A stretch of DNA of 64,000 nucleotides, taken from NCBI GenBank assembly GCA_001179505.1, contig CDMY01001045.1, positions 62,001 to 126,000 of the forward strand. The letters are read 5' to 3'. Positions 50,961 through 61,499 of this stretch are shown here, in pieces. The position numbers and the translations under genes were made by a program. Each line of letters opens with the position of its first letter. The first letter of the stretch is position 1. The notes under the pieces are model-generated. The model was not told the origin of the DNA and searched no databases. It saw nothing but the letters and a program-made list of their open reading frames with translations. Origin of the DNA: Vitrella brassicaformis CCMP3155. Lineage: Eukaryota; Protista; Chromerida.

Positions 50961-53900
50961 TTGATTGAGGGTGTTTTCACCGACACGTCCTTCGTCAGCG
51001 AAGCGTCTCGTGTCAGCGTCAGTCCACCCACCACTACAACCACCAGCGACAGGAGGCGTGCGTGGCGGTCCCGTGTCAAGTTGGACCGCATTCCGTGGGC
51101 TCGTCCGATGGCTGCGTCGCCGGCGGATCCCGTCAGCGCCCAAAGCAAAGGGGGAGGCACCGACGAGATCCACCTTGTCCTGGGCAAGCAGGCTTTTGGA
51201 GCAATAGGGTGAGATCTGGGCGAACAAAGCCTTGCAGGTGTGACTGTCTTTTATCCCTCCAGTCAGCAGGTGGCGAGCGCGGTCCGCGGTGGCGACTTCA
51301 TTGCAGGGTCGGCCAATGGCAAACAATCAATGCTCTTGCCGCTTATCCATACCTATTCTGCTGTGTCGACACGCACACAGGTGTCGTCATCTGCTGTCTC
51401 TGGCTGCCTTCTTCGACCGCAGCATCGCTGACGGCCTCAGGGCGGACCTGAGAGCTTTTCTGCAGTCAGTCCGTCAGTCGACAGAGGAAAGCAATACACA
51501 GAATGCTTCGTTTGTCTGTTTTCACATACAGCGACCCTCAAGTTGCCTTCCTTGATCGGCTGGTGGGCCTGTGTGTCTGTTTGAGGCGCCTGCGGCACTT
51601 TGTCGACGCACATGCAGGTAACGAGCATAGATAGACAGACAGGCGTTCACACAGGGCTGCTTGTTATCATGACTCGTCTGACGTGCTCGGTCGTGTCGTC
51701 AGCTGAGCGCGACAAGCTGAGCGATCCATCACTGAAGCAGTCGCTGCACAATTTTGTATGTATACACAACACATATGCCCAATACAAGCGACTTGTGCGC
51801 CAAAGCTGGCCCGGCGGCCGGAAGGCCAGCCTTGCAGCCGCAGAGCTGGCCCTGCGGCCGCAGGGCCAGCCTTGCAGACACAGGGCCAGCCTTGGCGCAC
51901 AAGTCGCGCCTACTGCAGACACATGATGAGGATGTGATTCGACTGCCTGCTTTACTGTGATTTGCCTTTTTCGCAGGGTTCTTCCCTGCTTGACGCGTTG
52001 ACTGGGCAGCTATCAGCCTGGCTTGCTGACGATGCGTCACTCGGCCCCCTGGCTCATTTCATGCGGCCGCTGCTGCTTCGCTCGGTGGAGACGTTGAAGC
52101 TTAGCGCTCAGTCGCCGGCCCGCTCGCGTATGCAAGCTGTGAGCGAGACAGGGATGGATCACTCATTGCTCTGTGTGTCTCTGTGTCTCTGCCAATGCAT
52201 GTAGCCATTCCGTCTGCATCGCCAGTGAAGGCGGGGAGTCCCACGCGCCAAAATGACGCGAGGACAACGGTGATGGATCGGGTTTCTACCGATCATCTGC
52301 AGGAGGTGTCAATTCTGCTGGGTGTGTGCCGCGCGGCAACCGCAGGCCAAGCAGCAAGATGCTTCACACGGTCAGCCTGCGACTGAATGCTGCTGCCGAT
52401 TGATTGACTCGTGTCTGTGTCCCCGTGTAAGTTACAGCCGGACCGCGGCGGTGCTTGCAGATGTGTGTGGACTAGAGTCGGCCGAACAGCTCTATGCAAT
52501 GGTTTATGCGACACAATACTTCACTGCAGACACTGCAGACGAGGGCGGGGAAGGAACAGCTTTCGATGCGCAAGCGACCGGGACGCCGTCTGACGCCAGC
52601 TTTCCTCCAAATCTGAAGAAATACGCTGCCAAAATGGAGGTTGGTCGTGTTTATACTTAGAAACGTTAAACGACCTCTCTCTCTCCCTGAGCGTTGCGTC
52701 TTTGTGTGTATGTGCGGCAGTATGTGAGCCGCTGTCGGCTAGACTTGCTGTTGAAGAATTCGCTGCTGCCCTACTGTCTATGCAGACCTCTGCCGCCGCC
52801 CCAGGCCTTTATACCCGCTATCATGCGGTCGGCAGGCATAGACTTGGTCTCATGTGTCTGTCCATATTGTGTGTGTCTCGCTTTGTGTGTGTTTGCAGGG
52901 GGCTTCACTTTGAGAGATTGCGATTCTTGGCGGGCAGGCCGCTTGTTGAGACACCACAAGAAGTGCTAGACAACATTAAAGGTGCGCAGACCGCCTCCAC
53001 ATCTTGCCCTCATTACTCTCTGTCTGTCATCCAGACACGATTCAGGTCGACACGCTTCCGTCGGGTGCACTCACAGTGTCCCTGGCCAAGCATTCGTCAT
53101 CCGATGGCAAAGACACAGACTTGACAGGAGGTCCTCCGACCATGGAGATGATTGTATTGTACTGTCCCCGAGTGCCCCGGGAGCTGCTCGCGTGGCTGCA
53201 GCCAGGCAGCCTCAGATTCCTGGTCAATCAGCTGCTGGACCCCCTCAAGAGATTCACACCCGTGCCCTACAATCACGCCAACGTCCTGAACGTACGCGGG
53301 TGTGTGAGGTCCTGTCAAACACAAGCGACACAGTGTGACTGACGTGTATGACTCAGATGTATTGGTCTATCGGAGGTCACTCGCTCGCTGTGGCGGTGCA
53401 GCAGATGGCATCTGTGAGGGAGAGATCGGCTTACGATGGTGTCCCCCCCTCTCCCACACAGATGCACGCACACCTTTCGGCAAGCTAGGAGGACATGCTC
53501 ACTGTGCCCACACATTTCCCTCTCCACCTCTTTCTTTCTTCCTGTGTGTGTAAAGGTCACGGGTCCGTCCGCCCCCTCGGACGAGTTCGCCAAGACGGTG
53601 ACTGACATGGCTGTGTGGCTCACTCACCGCCTGCACTGGCCTCTCATCGCAATACACCTCAGCAACCAACACTGCCCCAAATGTACGCTGGACCACAGCC
53701 GCAAGCGTGTTGCCATGCATCCCTTGCGGTCCATTCAGTATTTGTGCACGAGGTGCCGGGACTCACCGCGGGCAAGAGGACCCATCGCACATCAGACAAG
53801 GCCGAGCGTGTCGCAGCGGCCATCCGCCAGTCCGTCTGGGCCATCTTCGAGCTGGTCGTGCCTCTGAAAAGCACCCAAGAGGACTCAGCCTGGTGTCCGA

Positions 53901-54937
53901 CGGCAGATGCCCCCCCGACTGGCTATACCCACCTGCTCATCGCTGTCACCCACCAGGAGCAGCACTCCGCGCCTTTCCAGCTGTACGCGTCACCCAGCCA
54001 TCCGTTCCTTCCCCTGCCATGCTCATCGGCGGCAACAACAGCATCGCCCCTGGTGCCCGTCCCGCTGGAGTATGTTGCTGGGTCAGTTGTGACGCGCCGA
54101 CCGCTGTTCCGCGGAGTGGGTGTGCGTGGTTTAGGGGTTGAGGAGATGCGCGCAGCGGTTCAGAGGGCGTTCAACGAGGCGGCGGGTGGAAGGGAGGAGG
54201 TAGATTGGAGAGTCAGGTGCGTGCCACTGGTCCCCCTGTCTCTCTCTATGCAAGTGGTGTCTCGTGTGTCCTTTGTGTGCAATAAATAGGATGGGTGTGT
54301 GGTTCTATGGCACGAGGGCGGCAGAGTCGACTCGGCTGGCAGCCGCGCTCGCAGTGCTTCTTAACATCACCAACCACAAGTAGGCAGACACGACCAGAGA
54401 CGTCGCCACTGCATGATGAAGCCGAGCATGTGTGTGTCTCTCTGTCCCTCCCAACACCGTGCAGGCTATACACACCCCCATCGACACCCCTGCCCTGGCA
54501 CGTCATGGGTGTCGATGACGCGTGGCGGTGGGCCCTCACCCAGACAAAGAGATTTCTCAACAGAAACATGATGCCGCCTTGCCTCTTCACGGCGGCCAGA
54601 CAAGCGGTCGTTATGGTACATACACCCATCTATGGATTCATCCATGTGTGTGGATGCGCGTACAATCAGTGCGATGAGCTCTTTGCTGCTCGTGCGGGTG
54701 TGCCGACGGCTGAAAGTGAGCTGAGCGAGTGGCTGGAGGGAGCGCGGCAAGTTGCCACCGTCGTCTACATGGCAGGTGGGGCGGGAGAGACACACACTCA
54801 GCACAAAGAGAGTACGCAAACGTGGTTGCGGTGGTTGGTGTCTGTGGTTCTATCGGCCAGCTCATGTTGATACGGCCGCGGTGCTGGCGGGACACAGTGA
54901 TGAACGCACACACGGATACACAGAACCGTTGTTTTGA
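50961..54937 (+). CDS. Large multi-exon hypothetical protein (ends uncertain)
   Basis: More than ten open exons with coding-like composition and GT-AG borders (e.g. GSSLLDALTGQL..., IVLYCPRVPRELLAWLQPG..., VWAIFELVVP...). No family recognised. Confidence 0.55.
51788..51907. mobile_element. 120-bp fold-back/MITE-like element inside an intron
   Basis: 25-bp terminal inverted repeats with 24/25 match: gcgacttgtgcgccaaagctggccc (51788-51812) and gggccagccttggcgcacaagtcgc (51883-51907). Internal 20-bp units; related copy at 32-154. No TSD seen. Confidence 0.65.
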
Positions 54938-55445
54938 GAAACTCTGTCCAGGTCTGGCTGGCTGGCTGGCTGTCTGCAAATGCACGTGTCTCCACAGCAT
55001 CCATGCACACAGCTATGCTCGCATCGTGTCGTTGTCGATGTACGTATACGATACCTACACACACATGGTCACTGAGCCAGCCGCCCCGTCTGTCGCCCAT
55101 GTCTTTGTAGCTTGTGGAACTGAAACACTTGTGCTTGTGCGTATGTAAATGACTTCACGCGCACACTCAACCTAGCTACTAATACTGCGTCCAGCCAGAC
55201 AACAGCTAGGTGTCACGTCATCTCATCACGCGCCAGCAGAGAGGCGGGGAGGCAGGCGCAGAAAACACAGAAGCCCCTCCCTTCGCCCATCGCCGCCTCC
55301 ACCCCAACCCGCCCCTTGTCTGTCTCCTCGCCTTCCCATCCACATAAAAAACACATACAAAGCACGAGATTTCCTGATTTCCTCAGATGGCTCGACTCTT
55401 CCCTCCCGTCACTCGCCCCGTCCATTCGCGTGTCAATCACTCACG

Positions 55446-56533
55446 TCATTTGACGCAGCAGGGATCCATCAAACTGACAACATGCCCGAAGACGGCCGAC
55501 CCGACGCCCAGCCCCACAACAACCGCGGCGAAGAGGCCCACATTGAATGTCATACACACGAGCATCAAAGCGAAGTCAATGCCTGTCGACAATACGCTCA
55601 ACGCGCTGTGTAACAATGGCAATACACAGGACACCCAAGAACCATGGACTTCGCCCGCACTTGCACTTGGGTGTATTGTGTTTGCCTGACCATCTGAGTA
55701 GCGCGGCGACTTGCCATGGCACCCGGTGTTCTTGGCTCCTTCGCTGTGCCGCTTCTTCCGTCTGCAGCTCGCCCCCACTACTCCGAGCCTCTGCCTGGTG
55801 TCGCTGCAGCTGCTCCCCCACTCTCACCACAGTGTCGGCCGCCCCACTGCCCCCCGTCCGCAGCAGAGGTGACCCAAGAGACTCGGACAAGCCTTCTCTC
55901 TTCATTGAATGGCTGCTGTCGGCGGATGTGGCGCGGTCCTCTTCACTGGCTCTGTCTGAGGGATGCAGACACGTGTGGGGATACAGGGGGACGGGCGAGG
56001 GGGGATCAGTCAACGCAGACTTGGCCTGCGACACACACAGATTCGGCAAGGCGGAAGATTGCTGCAGTCGGTGTGTGGTCTGTGTGTGTACCGGTAGGTC
56101 TGCACTTAAATGGCGTTCGAGGAGATTCCTGAGGTATTTCAGATACATGCTGCACACACAACAGCACAGGGCAGACACCATCGGTCACCAAGAGACTGCT
56201 GATTGGCCATCAAGAGGCCCCTGTGTTGTGTGTTACAGTTTGTGTTACCTGAGAAAGCCAGCAGCTAAGCAGACAAGGCAAGACAGGTAGAAGGCCAGAG
56301 GCGACGAAGGCTTCCACCACCTTGACGGACCAACAAACAGAGAGAGCAGACAGTACGTGTGTGCACAGTTTCCCTGTTGTTGCCCTGTAGTTTGTTCGTT
56401 TGTTTGTTTGTTTGTTCGCTCACTGAAACAGGATGATATCAGAGCCAATGCCCGTGTGCATATACATCTTCATGTCGGACATCGAGTCCGTGCCAGAGGG
56501 AGAAGGCCCGGGACAGCATGAACAGTTGCTCAT
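55446..56533 (-). CDS. CTR-family copper transporter
   Basis: N-terminus MSNCSCC...SMSDMKMYMHTG (Mets motif), IILFQWW, TM1, then FALMLVCMTFNVGLFAAVVVGLGVG (MxxxM and GxxxG), ending DPCCVK*. Confidence 0.88.
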
Positions 56534-56792
56534 TTTTCCCTCTCAGGTGCAGAAGGGTTGGTCCGTTGCGCAGCTCAAGGCCATCAACGAGACCGGGGGA
56601 ATCGACGAGGAGACTCTCAAGCCCGCCGTGAAGCGTCAGAAAAGGGCCAGTCAGTCTGAAGGGTTTGAATAGTAGGGTGCAGGGTTGGAGGGAGGGGAGG
56701 GAGGGAAGAAAAGGTTCCCTTCCCCCTGTCGCGGCCCTTCGCCAGCTCCCTACGAGCTCTTTACTTTGCACTCCGCAGGAGTCAGCTCTCCT

Positions 56793-58672
56793 ATGCTCAG
56801 CTTGATTGTGTGGACCCTGCTGCTCGCCCTGTCCCTCCTGGCCGCTCAGCCCTCTGCAAACAAGACACCTGTGGTTGCCTACAGCACATTTAGCCTGTTG
56901 AGTGACGGAGCTGCAGACGACCAGCCGCACGTCCGTGCGCTCAGCACCCGGCCACCACGTCCAGCAGCAAGCGGCAGCCGCATCATCGTGAAGCTCAAGC
57001 ACCCACACACCGAGAGCCTTGCTCGCGCAGAGACCATCTCGAGGGCACTCCAGGCCTCCCAGCCAGCTCGTCGCGCCCTAATGGACGCTGTGACTCACAC
57101 GGCTGAGACGACAATTCACCACCTCAACAGCTTGTCCATGGACACAGTGGACCTGCCGCCCGGTGTCGATGCAGTGGCCACATGCGAGTCTGCCCTTCTC
57201 GTGTCGTCTGATATCGACATCTGCGAGCCGGATGCCCTTGTTGCGTCGACCTCTGGCCGCAGGCTGCGTGCCCGAGCGGCACAGGAGCCCAACCGATGGG
57301 TGCCCAACGACCCAATCTTTGAGGAACAGTGGGAGATGGCCAGCATCGATATGCCCGAGGCGTGGGCCGTTTTGTCTGAGCAGCAGGAGGATGAGGAAGC
57401 GGCCGGCCCAGTGGGCAAGGGACCGGTAGTCGGGGTGATTGACAGCGGTGTTGACTATACCCACCCGGACCTGAAGGACGCCATGTGGGTCAATGAAGGC
57501 GAGATCGCCGGCAACGGCATCGATGACGACGGTAGGTCCCGAGGGATAGGAGTATACGATCTGCATCCATTCCTGGGTGTGTATGTGTCTGTGTGCAGGA
57601 AATGGCTTCGTAGATGACATTCATGGCTGGGCTTGGTGCGACGGACCCTTTTACCCGGACACTAGCGACGGCGATCCTATGGATACACATGGCCATGGGA
57701 CTCACTCTGCCGGCACGATTGCAGCAACCGCGAACAACCGACAGGGCATCGCAGGCATCGCAGGCGTCGCATTTGGCAGAGAGAAGATCATGGCACTCAA
57801 AGTCCTCTGTTCGGTAAGCCAAGCAGAACACAGGGTCGCCAAGCGCTTGAATCACATGTCTGTGCCCCTGCCTTTTCATCAGGGTGGTCAGGGTTCTTTT
57901 TCTGACACGATCCAGGCGATCAACTATGCGGTTGCCATGGGGGCCACACTCACAAGCAACAGCTACGGAGGCGGCTTTCCGTTCAGGGCGCGGGAGGCGG
58001 CCATCAGGAAGGCGGAGGAGGCCAACATGCTGTTCGTCGCCGCCGCCGGCAACGAACACGTCAATACCGACATCACGAAACACTACCCGTCGTCGCTTGG
58101 GCTGGACAGTATCATCAGCGCCGGCGCGACGGATAGCGATGGAAAGAGGGCGTGTTTCAGTAATTACGGCCTTGAGAGTGTGGACGTGTTCGCGCCGGGA
58201 ACGGACATCTACTCGACTATGCCGGGTGGCAAGTATGCCTCCGCCAGCGGCACCAGTGTGGCAGCGCCATTCGTCGCTGGTACGCGCGGATGTGGCACCG
58301 GAGTAAGGACCAGCCAATCAAGTGCTGGTTTGCTCGTGCCTTCTTCGCTTAGGTGTGGCTGCTCTATTGTGGTCGACGGATCTGGCGCAGAGCTTTCGTG
58401 ACATCAAGGGCCGGATTCTGGCGACTTCCGAGAAGATGGACTCGCTTGATTGCCTGTGCGTCACGGGTGGCCAGGTCAACGCACGGAAGGCCGTCAGGTG
58501 TGTCGATTGCAAATGGACGCCTCCTGTGCGGACCAGCGAGTGCAAATCGACGCCTCAGGTGCAGACCGCAGAGTGCGAATGGACCACTGAAGAGCCGCCG
58601 ACCTCTCCTCTTTGGGGCATCTTTCTTACCATTCTTTCCCCTTGGTTTGGCGTAGTCTCTTGGCTGGCCTGA
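56793..58672 (+). CDS. Secreted subtilisin-like serine protease (S8) with prodomain and hydrophobic C-terminus
   Basis: Signal MLSLIVWTLLLALSLLAA. Triad motifs VGVIDSG, HGHGTHSAG and SGTSVAAPFVAG; oxyanion AAAGN. C-terminal LWGIFLTILSPWFGVVSWLA*. Confidence 0.93.
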
Positions 58673-59285
58673 GATATCTATCAGCCAATCCTGGCCGTCC
58701 TGTCGACGTGCACATGTATGGTGTGTACAGATTTTTGCGGGTAGCATGCTGTACTGTTAGGTGAGGGGTGTGTGTAGATTCGTCGGTTGGACGTTTTCGC
58801 CTCCAGCGCCGCGCCACTCACTGCCACTCCTCACGCAGCCTAGTTGGTTGCCTCTGCTCTGTGGTGTGTGCATGAATAAGACGAATATTGTTTTTATGAT
58901 TGGTACAGTAGTGCGTATCCATGTCGGTGCTCTGCTAAGCCGTCGTCGCTCAGCGAGCTCTGACCTTATCAGACCTGAGTGTTTGCTCTCCACGTCCCCG
59001 TTCGTTGTCTGTTGATAGTCGGCCGCGGTGACTGCGCGGTGGTGTGTGCATATGATCACCGTTGTCTGGTACGTATGGGATAAGACGGATAAGAGAGGGA
59101 GACATGCGGGTGAATGATATGATACAACCAGTTGCAACGACATATACACACAATCATATGTGCGGCCGTACTCAATGAATTTAAAACGTCTCGTACACAA
59201 TGCATATGCACAAAGTGTACACAGCCGGATTGATTGACTGATCCGTTAATTGATTCATTCTTCAAGGGACTCTCATTGATGCGCT

Positions 59286-60656
59286 ATGCTGTCACTCCCT
59301 TCCCTCAGTTTCGGTGGGCACATGGCCATGGACGAGGAGAGTGTCGTCGGAGGCGACAGCCAGGGTGAACATATCATGTCCAAGGAGGACCTCGCAGACA
59401 CTCACATCATCGGACAAGTACATACGCAGACAGACATTGTCAAGCAGACAGGCAGACAGCAAAGAAACAGACAGACAGACAGACAATCGAAGAAACAGAC
59501 AGTCACTTGGTCACGTACGCTTGGTGTCTCTGGCCAAAGGCCACGTGTGCAGGTTGACCACAAGTTTGTATGCTGCTTCGCTGCCTCGATGCAGTCCATC
59601 GCCCTGGTGGACCAGCACGCATGCGGTAAGGACAAAAATCGCTCGGTCAATCATTCTGTCTCTTGCCTCATCCGTGGCCGTTTCGTTGTTTGGCGAATGT
59701 GCAGGTGAGCGAATTGAGTTGGAGAATATCTTCGAGGGCCTTGCAGCGGGCTGCCACGACGACAAGCTGCTGTCGACGGCTGTTCTCTCGCCCGCAGCCC
59801 GTGTGCTACTCACGCCAGGACAGCACGCCGCACTCGTCAAATATCAAACACTCGTACGTCTATCGCTCCACACCACATTCTGTCGTGTGTGGGTGGATGG
59901 ATGGATGGATGCAGGTGAGCAAGTGGCGTTTCCATGTCGATGTCTCGTCTTCTGCCATCGCTCCAGACGGCTACATCCGCGTCAAAGGTCAGTCAGTCCA
60001 GGCATGAGCTCATGACATGAATTAAGGCCTTGCAATGCGCTGCATCAGTCCACTCTGTTCCAAAAGTGGCATCGTATCAAGCAGCGCCCGAGGAACTGCC
60101 CTTTTTCCTACAGTATCGCGCACACCGACATCACACAGATAGAGAGAGACAAGTGGACAGACAGACAGACTCACAACAAACGCATCTCTGTTCCTCCTCA
60201 TGTGTTTGTCCATGTGAGCAGGTACTTGGAGACACAAAAGGAGGTGCGTTTCCCCTTCCCCGTCCCACACAACTGTCGCAAGCAGCTCGTGTACCAAGGT
60301 AGGACAGACAGACAGACGGACAGACAGACACCGTCAGTGTAGCATGAGTGGTGAGATGTGGCTGACAGCGTGTCGTCGAGCCACCAAGTTCGGCGACCCC
60401 CTCACCGACCTGCAACAGGCCGACCTCCTCACACGCATCAAGCAATGCAAATATCCATTCCAGGTCGCACTCATTGCATAGAGACGCCAGCCCTCACATG
60501 CATGTGTGTCTTGTGGTGCAGTGTGCGCATGGGCGCCCGACTGTGTATCCATTGTTCACGCTGGATGGCCCTGATGCCTGTGCTGGCGACAGCAGACACG
60601 AAGACAGTGAGGGCAAGTCGGCCGGATGGGAGAGAGAGCTGGGGCCCATCGACTGA
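59286..60656 (+). CDS. MLH3: MLH3-like MutL C-terminal domain, copy 2; no N-terminal ATPase exons upstream
   Basis: Same motifs (DQHACGERIELE, QACRRATKFGDP, FQCAHGRPT), all exons in frame. Extra intron at 60299-60368. The upstream 550 bp back to the subtilase stop shows no MutL-like exon. Confidence 0.75.
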
Positions 60657-61499
60657 AAATATGTCAGCGCGCACAAATCGTCCGTACATGGATGTGATGT
60701 GTGCAACAATTTTGAGGCAAAGACGGCTTGGTGTGCGCACAATTCTGCACATTAGCGAAACGGTTGTGCTGCGTCGCGTACAAGAGCTGGCATTGGCGAC
60801 TGTGGACATGGTCAATTGAACGAAGCACTTGGACATCGTTTTCATCCACCGACCGCCGCGCCACCACAGCGAAAGTGCGACACACGAGTGCTCAGGAGAC
60901 ATGATGAAAACGTTCAAGAACTTCGACAAAGGGCCAATGCCAAGTCTGTCGACACAAGTCACACGTCAAAAGACGGACAAAGGTAAAAGAACCAATGGCC
61001 GTGCGCGCGCGATGCCCGTGGCGAGTGATTGTTTGTCGACTTTTAACACCGATATATGTGAATGTCGAGCGCCTGTCTGTCTGCTTGTGGTGTGAGGGCG
61101 GTGGCGTGTATGATCTGCTGGTGTGAATGTAATCTAGCGGAGGGTACATGACGAGGACAAGAGCATGGCCCTACGCGCTACAGCCAAGAAAAAACCGCCG
61201 GAACAGAGACAATGAGACAATGAGCAGTCTTTTCAATAGACTCAGCATGTCTCACTTAAGCAAAGCCCCATAGATGTCCCACATTCCCAGGTTCTTCTCT
61301 CCTATGTGCCCATCTATTGATCCCTACACATGGCCTACGCTGAGCCTCCGCTTGAGCCCTATGTTCATTCCAATCCAACAATTGCGCCGGGTCGCCTTGC
61401 ATGTCACACTTCACTCTGCTCGGCTCTGCGTGTCTGACTTCTCCGAGACCACTCTCCACTCATGATCAGCACAACGCTGGCAGCCTGGCTCCTTCTTAG

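Noticed and set aside
53270-53420. NVLNVRGY as a Trl1/Rnl-type RNA ligase motif
   Set aside because: The other nucleotidyltransferase motifs were not found; the similarity is too weak.
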